The notes: generated from the letters alone by a model not told the origin. A stretch of DNA of 32,000 nt from Propionibacterium freudenreichii subsp. freudenreichii (GCF_000940845.1 NZ_CP010341.1:2010001-2042000); one strand, 5' to 3'. Shown: positions 16,991 to 26,476, numbered from the stretch's first letter. A program made the numbers and translations.

Positions 16991-18112
16991 TCAGGCAACA
17001 CTCAGATCGTGTTCGCGCATCTTCTCAGGCACATAGGGGCACAGCGGGTCGGAGGCGAGCGGGTCGCCGGTCCAGGCATAGGCACGGGCCCGCGAGCCGC
17101 CGCACCAACGGTCGAATTCGCAGACACCGCAGCGTCCCTTGAACTCCTCGGGACGGCGCAGCTGGCGCATCAGCTCGGTGTCGCGGTAGAGCTCCACGAT
17201 GCTGCGGTCCTTGACATTGCCCACCGACAGCGGCAGGAAGCCCGAGGGCATGACCTCGCCCAGGTGCGAGATGAACACGATGCCGTTCCCGTCGCGGATG
17301 CCGAAGCCACGGGCCGCCGGGCTGTTCTCCACGTCCTCGCGGGTCTTGCCGGCATGCATCATGGCCTGCGCATTGATGCGGCGGTACTGCATGGCCTCGG
17401 TGGTCTTGATGCGGAACGGCGAGGTGCGTCCGATCCTGCCCCACTTGATGAGGGTGCGCTCGGCGTCACCGGGGGTGAGCTCGCGCAGCTGGGCACCGCG
17501 TCCCACCGAGATGAGGAAGAACAGGCTCCACTGCATGACGTCGTAGTTCTTGAGCAGTTCGTAGACATCGTCGAGGTCCTTGGCGGTCTCGTCGGTGACC
17601 AGGGTGTTGATCTGCACGGGCACACCGGCCGCGTTCGCGTCGGCCAGCGCGGTCATGGTGGCGTCGAAGGTGCCCGGCACCTGGCGGATGCCGTCGTGGT
17701 GGGCGGCCGTGGAGCCGTCGAGGCTCAACGAGATGGCCTGCACGTCCAGCGCCTTGAGGTCCTTGAGTCGCTGGGCCGACAGCAGCGGGGTGACGGCCGG
17801 GGCCAGCGAGACGCCGAGCCCGCGCTGGTTCGCGGCGGCGATGAGCTGGTCGAGGTCGCCGCGACGCATCGGGTCGCCGCCGGTGAAGATCACATGGGGT
17901 GCCGGGGAGCCGAAGCCGGCGAACTCGTCGAGCACGCCGAGTGCCTCGTCGGTGGTCAGCTCGCCGGGTGCCGGATCGGGCTGGGCCGTCGCGCGACAAT
18001 GCCGGCACGCCAGGCCACAGGCAGTGGTCAGCTCCCAGTAGATGATCATCGGTGCGCGGTCGTAGGCCCAGTTGACGGGCTTGACGGAACCGATTCCGGC
18101 GGGATGTGACAT
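16991..18112 (-). CDS. Radical SAM/SPASM-domain protein of the NirJ/AhbC/AhbD family (candidate O2-independent coproheme decarboxylase, AhbD-like)
   Basis: The 373-aa product starts at ATG 18112 (MSHPAGIGSVKPVNW...). It has a CX3CX2C cluster (ELTTACGLACRHCRA), a GGDP SAM-binding motif, family-typical LFFLISVGRG and FISHLGEVMPSGFLPLSVGNV, and a C-terminal SPASM Cys cluster (GRCGVCEFDRWCGGSRARAYAWTGDPLASDPLCPY). There is 1 nt between the hemDE stop and its ATG, and 3 nt between its stop and the hemY ATG. The ORF-track extension to 18271 is rejected. Confidence 0.85.
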   Translation of the reverse strand: MSHPAGIGSVKPVNWAYDRAPMIIYWELTTACGLACRHCRATAQPDPAPGELTTDEALGVLDEFAGFGSPAPHVIFTGGDPMRRGDLDQLIAAANQRGLGVSLAPAVTPLLSAQRLKDLKALDVQAISLSLDGSTAAHHDGIRQVPGTFDATMTALADANAAGVPVQINTLVTDETAKDLDDVYELLKNYDVMQWSLFFLISVGRGAQLRELTPGDAERTLIKWGRIGRTSPFRIKTTEAMQYRRINAQAMMHAGKTREDVENSPAARGFGIRDGNGIVFISHLGEVMPSGFLPLSVGNVKDRSIVELYRDTELMRQLRRPEEFKGRCGVCEFDRWCGGSRARAYAWTGDPLASDPLCPYVPEKMREHDLSVA

Positions 18113-18113
18113 A

Positions 18114-20012
18114 TCAGTGTCCTTTCGCAGCTGCGGGCGCCTCATGGACCAGGTCGACGATGTGCGCCAGCACATCGGGGTTGGTGTCCTTGGGCACGCC
18201 ATGTGCCAGATTGACGATGTGGGCGGGCGCGGCGCGTCCGGCGGCCAGCACTGCTGCCACCGCGGCGTCAACCGCCTCGGGCGGGCCGGCCAGCACGGCC
18301 GGGTCGATGTTGCCCTGCAGCGGGGTGCGTCCGCCGAGCAGCTCGTTGGCGGCGTCCAGCGTCAGGTCGGCACCCACGCCCATGACGTCGGCTCCGGCGT
18401 CGCGCATCGCCACCAGCAGGTGGCCGGTGCCGGTGCCGAAGTGGATGCGGGGCACGCCGAGCTCGCCCAGGGCACGCAGAACGCGTCCGGATGCGGGCTG
18501 CACGTGCACCAGGTAGTCGGCCAGCGACAACTCGCCGACCCAGGAGTCGAACAGCTGCACGGCACTGGCGCCGGCCAGCACCTGGGCGCGCAGGAAGGCG
18601 ATGTCGACCTCGGCCACCCATTCGAGCAGCGCCTCCCACGCCTGCGGATCGTCATGCATGAGCGCATGGGTGCGCGGATGGGTGCGATTGGGGCGGCCCT
18701 CCACCAGATAGGACGCCACCGTGAACGGGGCGCCGGCGAAGCCGATCAGTGGCACATCGGGCAGCTGGGCGGTCACCCGTCCGATCGCCTCGCGGATCGG
18801 GGCCAGGGCCTCGTCGGTGAGCGTCGGCAGCGCGGCGATGTCGTCACGGCTGCGCACCGGATGGGCCAGCACGGGACCCACGCCCGGTTCGATCTCGACG
18901 TCGACGCCGGCCAGCTTGAGCGGCACCATGATGTCGGAATAGAAGATCGCCGCATCCACGCCGTAGCGACGCACCGGCTGCAGGGTGAGCTCGGCGGCCA
19001 GGGCCGGGTCCAGGCACGATTCCAGCATCGTGGTGCCCTCGCGGGCGGCCCGGTACTCGGGCAGCGATCGCCCGGCCTGGCGCATGAACCACACCGGGGT
19101 GCGGGCCGGACGGTCGCCACGGCAGGCGCTCAGCAGCGCACTGTCGGCGATGGCGCCGGAGTGGCTGGGATGGTCGGCGGGCAGCGCTTCGGGGTAGATC
19201 TCCTGCGACAGTGCCCGGCCGCCGAGCAGGCGGGCGGCCAGGGCGGCCACCTCCTGCGGATGGGCCGAGGGACAGGCCTGCACGGTGAATCCGGCCTCGC
19301 GGGCGGCGGCGCTGGTGGTGGGTCCGGCGGTGATCACCGCAGTGGACGCCGGAATCGGCGTGCCCCCGGTGAACTCGGCCAGGGCCTGCACGGCACTGGG
19401 TGAACGCAGCACGACGGCGCTGAACGCACCGGACGCCAACAGCTCGGCGCTCTCGGGGCGCCGGGCCACCGGATGGGTCTGGTAGATGGCCGAGCGCAGC
19501 ACGTGCCAGCCGGCACGTTCCAGCGCCTCGGGGAGCTCCTTGCGGGCGATGGTGCTGCCCGGGATCAGTGCCACCGGCGGCAGGCCGGCGTTGTCGGGGT
19601 CCCCGGTGATGCGGGGCAGTTCCCGGCCGTTGACCAGCCGGGCCAGCTCGGCGGCATTGGGTGCCATCTGTGCGACCCCGGCGAGCTTGGCAGGCAGCGA
19701 ATCGCGGGTTGCGGGCCCGGTGCAGAACACGCGCATGCCGCGGTCGACCGCGCCGACGGCCGCATTCTCCAGCGCCGCGACGCCCACCTGCTGCGCCCAG
19801 TGCTGCCAGGTGCGCGGCGAGGTGATCAGCAGGATCACCTGGGCCCCGCTCGATTGCAGGAAGCCCGTCATCCGGTGGGCCGGCGCGGAATCGTCGGCGG
19901 CACGCACCTCGAGCCAGGGATCGATCGTCGAGGCAAGGCCGAAGCGATCGAGCGCGATGGCGTCCCGCTCATTGCCGTCGGGACGGATGAGCAGGAGGGG
20001 GCGGACTGTCAT
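18114..20012 (-). CDS. hemE: Bifunctional fusion: uroporphyrinogen-III synthase (HemD, about aa 1-265) + uroporphyrinogen decarboxylase (HemE, about aa 289-632)
   Basis: A single uninterrupted 632-aa ORF. The N-terminal half has the two-lobe HEM4 pattern (LLIRP...ILLITSPRTW...ALIPGSTIARKELPEALERAGWHVLRSAIYQT...VVLRSPSAV). The C-terminal half has the URO-D signature RTPVWFMRQAGRSLPEYR and ...FDSWVG.... The start overlaps the hemC stop as ATGA. Confidence 0.9.
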   Translation of the reverse strand: MTVRPLLLIRPDGNERDAIALDRFGLASTIDPWLEVRAADDSAPAHRMTGFLQSSGAQVILLITSPRTWQHWAQQVGVAALENAAVGAVDRGMRVFCTGPATRDSLPAKLAGVAQMAPNAAELARLVNGRELPRITGDPDNAGLPPVALIPGSTIARKELPEALERAGWHVLRSAIYQTHPVARRPESAELLASGAFSAVVLRSPSAVQALAEFTGGTPIPASTAVITAGPTTSAAAREAGFTVQACPSAHPQEVAALAARLLGGRALSQEIYPEALPADHPSHSGAIADSALLSACRGDRPARTPVWFMRQAGRSLPEYRAAREGTTMLESCLDPALAAELTLQPVRRYGVDAAIFYSDIMVPLKLAGVDVEIEPGVGPVLAHPVRSRDDIAALPTLTDEALAPIREAIGRVTAQLPDVPLIGFAGAPFTVASYLVEGRPNRTHPRTHALMHDDPQAWEALLEWVAEVDIAFLRAQVLAGASAVQLFDSWVGELSLADYLVHVQPASGRVLRALGELGVPRIHFGTGTGHLLVAMRDAGADVMGVGADLTLDAANELLGGRTPLQGNIDPAVLAGPPEAVDAAVAAVLAAGRAAPAHIVNLAHGVPKDTNPDVLAHIVDLVHEAPAAAKGH

Positions 20013-20941
20013 GGGCGCTCCAGAAGCTGTTCGGCGACACTTTCCCCAAGCGCCCGGGCGTCGTCGGTCGGGTCACCCCGGCGCAGGCCGATGGTGCGGG
20101 CGACATGGGCATGGGCGACGCCCATGTGATCGGTGAGGTCGGCCATCAGCGTCAGGGAATAGCCCTGCAGCACGCTGTGGGCTCCGATGGCGGTGGTGCA
20201 GGTGGCCTGCACGCCGGTGAGCACCTGGCGCTCGGCGGCCACCTGGATGCGCGTGTCGTGGTCGTTGATCTGCGCGACGGTGGCGGCCAACGGATCATCG
20301 GTGCGCATCTCGACGGCGAGGGCGCCCTGCGCCGGGGCGGGCACGATCACCTTCGGGTCGATCAGCTCGGTGATCTCGTCGTGCAGGCCGAGCCGCTCCA
20401 GGCCGGCGGCGGCGAGCACGGCGGCGTCGACGCGTCCCTCGCGCACCTTGCGGATGCGGGTATCGACATTGCCCCTGATGGGCACGATCTCCAGGTCGTC
20501 GCGGTAGCGCAGCAGCGCGCTGGCGCGCCGCGGGCTGGACGTGCCGACCTTCGATCCGGCCGGCAGCTCGTCGAGGCCCAGTGCGTCGCGGCTCACCAGG
20601 GCGTCGAAGGCGGCGGCGCGCTGCGGCACGGCCACCACCGACAGCCCGGGCATGGGCGCGAAGGGCAGGTCCTTGAAGGAATGCACGGCGATGTCGACTT
20701 CGCCGTCGAGCAGCACATCACGCAGGCGGGCGACGAAGGCCCCCGGGCGCGGCGGCGCCGACAGCGGGATCGACAGGTCGTCGCCGTCGGTGCGCACGAT
20801 CACCAGTTCGGTGGGCAGCCCGGTGACCTGTTCAATGAGGGCGGCTGTCATGGCGCTCTGCGAGCGCGCCAGCCGCGAACCCCGAGTGCCGATCTTCAGC
20901 ACGCGGCGATCACCCGAGGCGCCCTGCGGGGTCTGGCTCAC
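20009..20941 (-). CDS. hemC: Hydroxymethylbilane synthase (porphobilinogen deaminase)
   Basis: LKIGTRGSRLARSQS..., ...VHSFKDLP..., ...RGNVDTRIRKV.... The GTG start overlaps the hemA stop as GTGA. Confidence 0.95.
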   Translation of the reverse strand: MSQTPQGASGDRRVLKIGTRGSRLARSQSAMTAALIEQVTGLPTELVIVRTDGDDLSIPLSAPPRPGAFVARLRDVLLDGEVDIAVHSFKDLPFAPMPGLSVVAVPQRAAAFDALVSRDALGLDELPAGSKVGTSSPRRASALLRYRDDLEIVPIRGNVDTRIRKVREGRVDAAVLAAAGLERLGLHDEITELIDPKVIVPAPAQGALAVEMRTDDPLAATVAQINDHDTRIQVAAERQVLTGVQATCTTAIGAHSVLQGYSLTLMADLTDHMGVAHAHVARTIGLRRGDPTDDARALGESVAEQLLERP

Positions 20942-22191
20942 GCTTCCACCTCGACACCGAACAGCACGTCCAGGGCGGTCCTGCAGTCCTCGAGCTTGCC
21001 CTCCTCGGCAAGCTGCGAGAAGCGCACCGTGGGGGTGTGCATCATGACGCCGATGGCGTGGCGCAGCGACCGTTCGACGGCCTGCACCACCTCGGGTGAC
21101 TCGTTCTCGCGCACGCGTGCCAGTTCATCGTCGACGAGCACCTTCGCATGCTGGCGCAGCGCCGTGACGAGCGGATCGGCGACCCTGGCGCGTTCCTTGG
21201 ACAGATGGGCGGCGACACCCTGGGTGACCACGCGTTGTGCCTCCTCGATCACGGCGGACTGCAGCTGTGCGGTGCGCGAGCTGACATCGTCGAGTCGCAC
21301 CAGGTGCACGCCGGGCAGTTCGGCGGCGGCCTCGTCGACATCGCCGCCCAGCGAGAGGTCGATCACCGACAGTTGCCGGTCGGCGTTGCGCGCCAGTTCC
21401 GGGCGTGCGGCCGACAGCGTGGTGCCACTGAGCACCACCCCGTTGCCCGAGCAGGTGATCACCAGGTCGGCCGATTGCAGTGCCCGGTCCAGGCCATCGG
21501 ACGACACCGGCGTCACCGGATGGTGTGCGGCGAATTCCTCGGCGCGTCCCGATGCCGACCAGCACTCGATCTCGCCGACCCGTCGGTCGGTGAGCTCGGC
21601 GACCACCACACGGGCGAATGATCCGGTGCCCATCAGCAGCACGCGCGCGCCCCGCAGGCCGCCACGCCCCATGGCCAGGTCGAGTCCGACGCCGGCGGCG
21701 GAGCGTCCCACCGCACCCAGCGAGGTGGACGAGGCGACCGTGCGCGAGACGCGCAGGCAGTCGTGGAAGAGCCGGTGCAGGCGCGCGGTGCACTGGCCCC
21801 GGTCGGAGGCCAGCTCATAGGCACGGCGCAACTGGCCGGCCACCTGCTTGTCGCCGACCACGGCGGAACACAGTCCGGCGCCCACCTCGAACAGGTGGCA
21901 GATGGCGGTGTCGTCGCTGCGCACCTCCAGTCCGGCCAGCGCACGGGGATCGACATCGGGGGCGAGCTCGCGGATTCCGGCCTTGGCCAGCCCGAGCAGA
22001 CGGTCGGGGTCCACGGCATCGGTGGCATCGACGATCAGCTCATAGCGGTTGCACGTGGACAGCAGGGCGGCCCCGGCGATGCCGGGTTCGCGTCCCATGA
22101 CCGTGAGGGCCAGCTCGTCAGCCGGCGCCAGCGAGGCAAGGGCTGTCAGTGGCGCCGTAAGATAGTCGACGCCGACGAGATGGATACGCAC
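20938..22191 (-). CDS. hemA: Glutamyl-tRNA reductase
   Basis: Has the active-site Cys motif ALLSTCNRYELIV, an NADPH-binding region VLLMGTGSFARVV and a C-terminal dimerisation helix. The start is GTG at 22191. Confidence 0.95.
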   Translation of the reverse strand: MRIHLVGVDYLTAPLTALASLAPADELALTVMGREPGIAGAALLSTCNRYELIVDATDAVDPDRLLGLAKAGIRELAPDVDPRALAGLEVRSDDTAICHLFEVGAGLCSAVVGDKQVAGQLRRAYELASDRGQCTARLHRLFHDCLRVSRTVASSTSLGAVGRSAAGVGLDLAMGRGGLRGARVLLMGTGSFARVVVAELTDRRVGEIECWSASGRAEEFAAHHPVTPVSSDGLDRALQSADLVITCSGNGVVLSGTTLSAARPELARNADRQLSVIDLSLGGDVDEAAAELPGVHLVRLDDVSSRTAQLQSAVIEEAQRVVTQGVAAHLSKERARVADPLVTALRQHAKVLVDDELARVRENESPEVVQAVERSLRHAIGVMMHTPTVRFSQLAEEGKLEDCRTALDVLFGVEVEA

Positions 22192-22399
22192 CCCCGCATG
22201 CTAACCCGCAATTCGCCGAGAACGGCTGTCTCCAAACACGCTCGTCGGTTGGCTATGCTCCCGCGGGCGGGCAGCCACGAGCGCCGGGACGCGTTGCACC
22301 GCCGATTTCAGGCGTGCGACGTGCGTCGGACGTTTCACCCGATCGGCAATACTGAACGGGTACGCCGTTGATGAACAATCTTCAGGAAGTTGGGCCCCC

Positions 22400-24310
22400 A
22401 TGTGCGGTTACATGAGCTTCATCTCCACCGAAAGCCTGCGCGACGAGCGCGTTGACCAGGTGCGCGAGGGGATGAAGCAGTGCCGGCACCGGGGCCCCGA
22501 TGACACCAACATCTGGCACGACGAGCACACCTGCTTCGGCTTCAACCGGTTGTCGATCATCGACATCGACAACTCGGGGCAGCCGCTGAAGTGGGGCCCG
22601 CCCGAGACCCCCGACCGCTACTGGATGGTGTTCAACGGCGAGGTCTACAACTACCTCGAGCTGCGCGAACGCCTGGCCGCCGAGGATGGCGCCGTGTTCC
22701 ACACCGAGGGTGACGGCGAGTCGATCGTGGCCGGCTACCACTACCACGGGGCCGAGTGGGTCAACGAGCTGCGCGGCATGTTCTCGTTCGTAATCTGGGA
22801 CTCCCAGGAGGACGTCGCCTTCGGTGCCCGCGACCCGTTCGGCATCAAGCCCATGTACATGGCGAAGGTCGACGACGGCTATGTCTTCGGCTCGGAGGCC
22901 AAGTCGCTGCGCGCACTCACCGGCACCGCACAGGTGAACGTGCCCGAGCTGCAGCACTACCTGGTGCTGCAGTACGTGCCCGAGCCGGCCAGCATGGACC
23001 AGGACCTGTCCAAGATCGAGTCGGGCTGCTCGTTCACCCTGACGAACGGCGAGCTCACCCAGACCCGCTATTTCCATCCTGACTTCCAGTCGATCCCGGT
23101 GAACAACACCCGCGAGCAGCGCGACCTCTACGACCGCATCCTCGAGGTGCTCGACGACTCGGTGGCCAAGCACATGCGTGCCGACGTCACGGTGGGCGCC
23201 TTCCTGTCGGGCGGCATCGACTCCACCGCGATCGCCGCGCTGGCCAAGCGCTACAACCCCGACCTGCTCACCTTCACCACCGGCTTCAAGGTGGACGGCT
23301 ATTCGGAGGTCGACGTGGCCGACGAATCGGCCCGGGCGATCGGCGTGGAGCACATCACCCGCTGGGTCACCGAGGAGGAGATGACCAAGACCCTGCCGTT
23401 GATCGTCTGGTACCTGGACGATCCGGTGGCCGATCCGGCCCTGGTGCCGCTCTACTTCGTGGCCAATGAGGCCCGCAAGCGGGTGAAGGTGGTGCTGTCG
23501 GGCGAGGGTGCCGACGAGCTGTTCGGTGGCTACACGATCTACCACGAGCCCCTGAGCCTGCGTCCGCTGGAACGACTCCCCCACCTGCTGCGCCGCGGCC
23601 TGGCCGCGGTGGGACGCGCCCTGCCCGACGGGATGCGCGGCAAGGACATGCTGCGCCGCGGCACCCTCGACATGGAGGACCGCTACTACGGCAATGCGCG
23701 CATCTTCCGCGAGGAGCAGCTGCCCGGCCTGCTGCGCACCTACGACCCCAATATCTCGTTCCACGATGTCACCGACCCGATCTACGCCCAGTCGAAGGGC
23801 TGGGATCCGGTGCAGCGGATGCAGGACATCGACCTGTTCACCTGGCTGCGCGGCGACATCCTGGTGAAGGCCGACAAGATGACGATGGCCAATTCGCTCG
23901 AACTGCGCGTGCCCTTCCTCGACAAGGAGGTGTTCGAGGTGGCCCGCCACATTCCCCTCAGCGAGAAGCTGGCGGACGGCACCACCAAGTACGCCCTGCG
24001 CAAGGCCCTCGAGCGGGTCGTTCCGCCCCATGTGCTGCACCGCCGCAAGCTCGGCTTCCCGGTGCCCACCCGTGTGTACCTGCGCGGCGATTCGTACGCC
24101 TGGGCGCGCGACATCATCCTCAACTCGCCCACCGACGAGTACATCAACCCGCAGGCCGTCATGAAGCTGCTCGACGAGCACCGCGACGGCGTGGCCGACC
24201 ACTCGCGCCAGATCTGGACCGTGCTGGTGTTCATGCTGTGGTTCGACATCTTCGTGGCCGGCACGGTCACGCCCGAGGTTCCGCACCCGCAATACCCCGT
24301 GCGCCTCTAG
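22400..24310 (+). CDS. asnB: Asparagine synthase (glutamine-hydrolysing), AsnB family
   Basis: N-terminal nucleophile MCG..., a class-II GATase domain (FNGEVYNYLELR) and the synthetase PP-loop FLSGGIDSTAIAAL. 636 aa. Confidence 0.9.
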   Translation: MCGYMSFISTESLRDERVDQVREGMKQCRHRGPDDTNIWHDEHTCFGFNRLSIIDIDNSGQPLKWGPPETPDRYWMVFNGEVYNYLELRERLAAEDGAVFHTEGDGESIVAGYHYHGAEWVNELRGMFSFVIWDSQEDVAFGARDPFGIKPMYMAKVDDGYVFGSEAKSLRALTGTAQVNVPELQHYLVLQYVPEPASMDQDLSKIESGCSFTLTNGELTQTRYFHPDFQSIPVNNTREQRDLYDRILEVLDDSVAKHMRADVTVGAFLSGGIDSTAIAALAKRYNPDLLTFTTGFKVDGYSEVDVADESARAIGVEHITRWVTEEEMTKTLPLIVWYLDDPVADPALVPLYFVANEARKRVKVVLSGEGADELFGGYTIYHEPLSLRPLERLPHLLRRGLAAVGRALPDGMRGKDMLRRGTLDMEDRYYGNARIFREEQLPGLLRTYDPNISFHDVTDPIYAQSKGWDPVQRMQDIDLFTWLRGDILVKADKMTMANSLELRVPFLDKEVFEVARHIPLSEKLADGTTKYALRKALERVVPPHVLHRRKLGFPVPTRVYLRGDSYAWARDIILNSPTDEYINPQAVMKLLDEHRDGVADHSRQIWTVLVFMLWFDIFVAGTVTPEVPHPQYPVRL

Positions 24311-24442
24311 CCGCGCACCGGCAGCGCCGGCCGGGCGGGCCCGACCCGCTCGGCCTGCCGCCGAGGGGTCGAGCCGTGGGACCGTCCGTGGCGCCTTGCG
24401 GGCCGCAATACATTGGGGCCTGCATTACGCGAAAGGACTCCC

Positions 24443-26284
24443 ATGCCGAAACTGCGCTCAAAAACCACCTACGAGGGACGCCCCATGGCGGGCGCCCGTG
24501 CCCTGTGGCTTGCCACGGGTATGACCGAGAACGACTTCGGCAAGCCGATCGTGGCGATTGCGAACAGCTATACCGACTTCGTGCCCGGCCATGTGGGCCT
24601 CAAGAACGTCGGATCCATCGTCAAGAAGGCCATTGAGGCCGCCGGTGGCGTGGCCAAGGAGTTCAACACCATCGCCGTCGACGACGGCATCGCGATGGGC
24701 CATGGCGGCATGCTCTATTCCCTGCCCAGCCGCGAGGTGATCGCCGACTCGGTGGAATACATGTGCAATGCCCACCAGGCCGACGCGCTGGTGTGCATCT
24801 CGAACTGCGACAAGATCACCCCCGGCATGATGCTGGCCGCGCTGCGGCTCAACATCCCCACCGTGTTCGTCTCCGGCGGCGGCATGGAGTCGGGTCGTCC
24901 CGTCAAGCGCGACGACGGCACCGACACCACCCGCCTCGACCTGATCGACGCGATGACCGCCTCGGCCGACCCGTCGGTGTCCGACGACGAACTGAAGCGC
25001 ATCGAGATGTCGGCCTGCCCCACGTGTGGCTCGTGTTCAGGCATGTTCACCGCCAATTCGATGAACTGCCTCACCGAGGCGATCGGCCTGTCACTGCCCG
25101 GAAATGGCACGACGCTGGCCACCTATGCCGCCCGCAAGCCGCTGTTCGAGCAGGCCGGCGCGCTGGTGGTGGAGCTGGCCAAGCGCTACTACGACGGCGA
25201 CGACGAGTCGGTGCTGCCGCGCGCGATCGCCACGCGCGATGCCTTCGCGAATGCGATGACGATGGACATCGCAATGGGCGGATCGACCAATACGATCCTC
25301 CACCTGCTGGCCGCCGCCCAGGAGGGCGAGGTCGACTTCACCCAGGAGGACATCGACGAGCTGTCCCGCCGGGTGCCCTGCATCTGCAAGGTGGCCCCGA
25401 ACAGCTCGCAGTACTTCCTGGAGGATGTGCACCGTGCCGGTGGCATCCCGGCGATCCTGGGCGAGCTCAACCGCGCCGGGCTGCTCCACGACGAGGTGCA
25501 TTCGGTGCACCATGCGTCGCTGCAGGGCTTCCTGGACGATTGGGACGTGCGCGGCGGCAAGGCGAAGCCCGAGGCCTTCGAGCTGTACAAGGCGGCCCCC
25601 GGTGGTGTGCGCACCACCGAGATGTTCACCTCCACCAAGACCTATGACGAGCTCGACACCGATGAGGTGAACGGCTGCATCCGCTCGGTGGAGCATGCCT
25701 ACACCACCGACGGTGGCCTGGCCGTGCTGCACGGCAACATCGCCGTGGACGGCTGCGTCGTCAAGACCGCCGGCGTGCCCGAGAACCAGTACGTCTTCCG
25801 TGGTCCGGCCGCGATCACCGAGAGCCAGGAGGAGGCCGTCGAGGCCATCCTGAGCAAGCGGATCAAGGCCGGCGACGTGGTGGTCGTGCGCTACGAGGGC
25901 CCCAAGGGCGGCCCGGGCATGCAGGAGATGCTCTACCCCACCAGCTACCTGAAGGGCGTAGGGCTCGGCCCCAAGTGCGCGTTGATCACCGATGGTCGCT
26001 TCTCCGGCGGCTCCTCGGGCCTGTCGATCGGGCACATGAGCCCCGAGGCGGCCTCGGGTGGCAACATCGGCCTGGTCGAGAACGGCGACATCATCTCGAT
26101 CGACATCCCGAACCGCACGATCAACGTCGAGGTGAGTGACGATGAACTCGCCAGGCGCCGTGCAGTGCGTGAGGCCAAGGGTTGGGTGCCCGAGAACCGC
26201 GTGCGTCCGGTGAGCAATGCGCTGAAGGTGTTCGCGCTGCTGGCGCAGAGTGCTGACAAGGGTGCTGCACGTCGGCAGTTGTGA
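24443..26284 (+). CDS. ilvD: Dihydroxy-acid dehydratase
   Basis: [27 protein letters not shown]...[23 protein letters not shown]...[12 protein letters not shown]...; GAAAGGA lies upstream of ATG 24443. The ORF-track start at 24413 is rejected. Confidence 0.95.
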   Translation: MPKLRSKTTYEGRPMAGARALWLATGMTENDFGKPIVAIANSYTDFVPGHVGLKNVGSIVKKAIEAAGGVAKEFNTIAVDDGIAMGHGGMLYSLPSREVIADSVEYMCNAHQADALVCISNCDKITPGMMLAALRLNIPTVFVSGGGMESGRPVKRDDGTDTTRLDLIDAMTASADPSVSDDELKRIEMSACPTCGSCSGMFTANSMNCLTEAIGLSLPGNGTTLATYAARKPLFEQAGALVVELAKRYYDGDDESVLPRAIATRDAFANAMTMDIAMGGSTNTILHLLAAAQEGEVDFTQEDIDELSRRVPCICKVAPNSSQYFLEDVHRAGGIPAILGELNRAGLLHDEVHSVHHASLQGFLDDWDVRGGKAKPEAFELYKAAPGGVRTTEMFTSTKTYDELDTDEVNGCIRSVEHAYTTDGGLAVLHGNIAVDGCVVKTAGVPENQYVFRGPAAITESQEEAVEAILSKRIKAGDVVVVRYEGPKGGPGMQEMLYPTSYLKGVGLGPKCALITDGRFSGGSSGLSIGHMSPEAASGGNIGLVENGDIISIDIPNRTINVEVSDDELARRRAVREAKGWVPENRVRPVSNALKVFALLAQSADKGAARRQL

Positions 26285-26329
26285 TGCTCTCCACGTGACG
26301 GACCTTGTGTCCGCACAATGGCTCGGCAC

Positions 26330-26401
26330 GGGTGTGGGCCGTCGAGACGCTTGTCCTGAAAATCTTACGGACTGCGCCGCCTCGACGGCCCGCACCCTTT
26401 T
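26330..26401 (+). terminator. Element A: 17-bp stem (one G.T pair), 34-nt conserved apical segment, then TTTT; candidate ilvD terminator or structured RNA/repeat element
   Basis: gggtgtgggccgtcgag (26330-26346) pairs with ctcgacggcccgcaccc (26381-26397). The loop is acgcttgtcctgaaaatcttacggactgcgccgc, and tttt follows at 26398-26401. Confidence 0.45.
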
Positions 26402-26476
26402 CGTGTGACGGAACAGATCCCTGCGGGGATACCTGATCGGCCCGGGGAGGGGTCTGCGAGACACCCGACCGGCTCC

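Noticed and set aside
16808-21820. Plus-strand ORFs of 433, 443, 218, 216 and 571 aa across the radical SAM, hemDE, hemC and hemA genes
   Set aside because: All are antisense shadows of confidently identified minus-strand heme genes. None has recognisable motifs.
22201-22401. 66-aa ORF immediately upstream of hemA on the same strand (possible leader peptide or small protein)
   Set aside because: About 40% of its codons end in A/T, far below the GC3 of real genes here. It has no SD, and its start overlaps the asnB start on the other strand. It is most likely just the hemA/asnB divergent promoter region.
22382-24292. 636-aa minus-strand ORF mirroring asnB
   Set aside because: It is an exact antisense shadow of asnB, which has the MCG nucleophile and the SGGIDS PP-loop. 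The shadow frame has no motifs.
26351-26361. TTGTCCTGA inside both hairpin loops (26351-26359 and 26498-26506) resembles the left 9 nt of the iol operator TTGTCCTGACAA
   Set aside because: Only 9 nt match and the second half-site (GACAA) is missing. One 9-mer match in 64 kb of two-strand sequence is close to chance expectation, and the second copy simply reflects the duplication.
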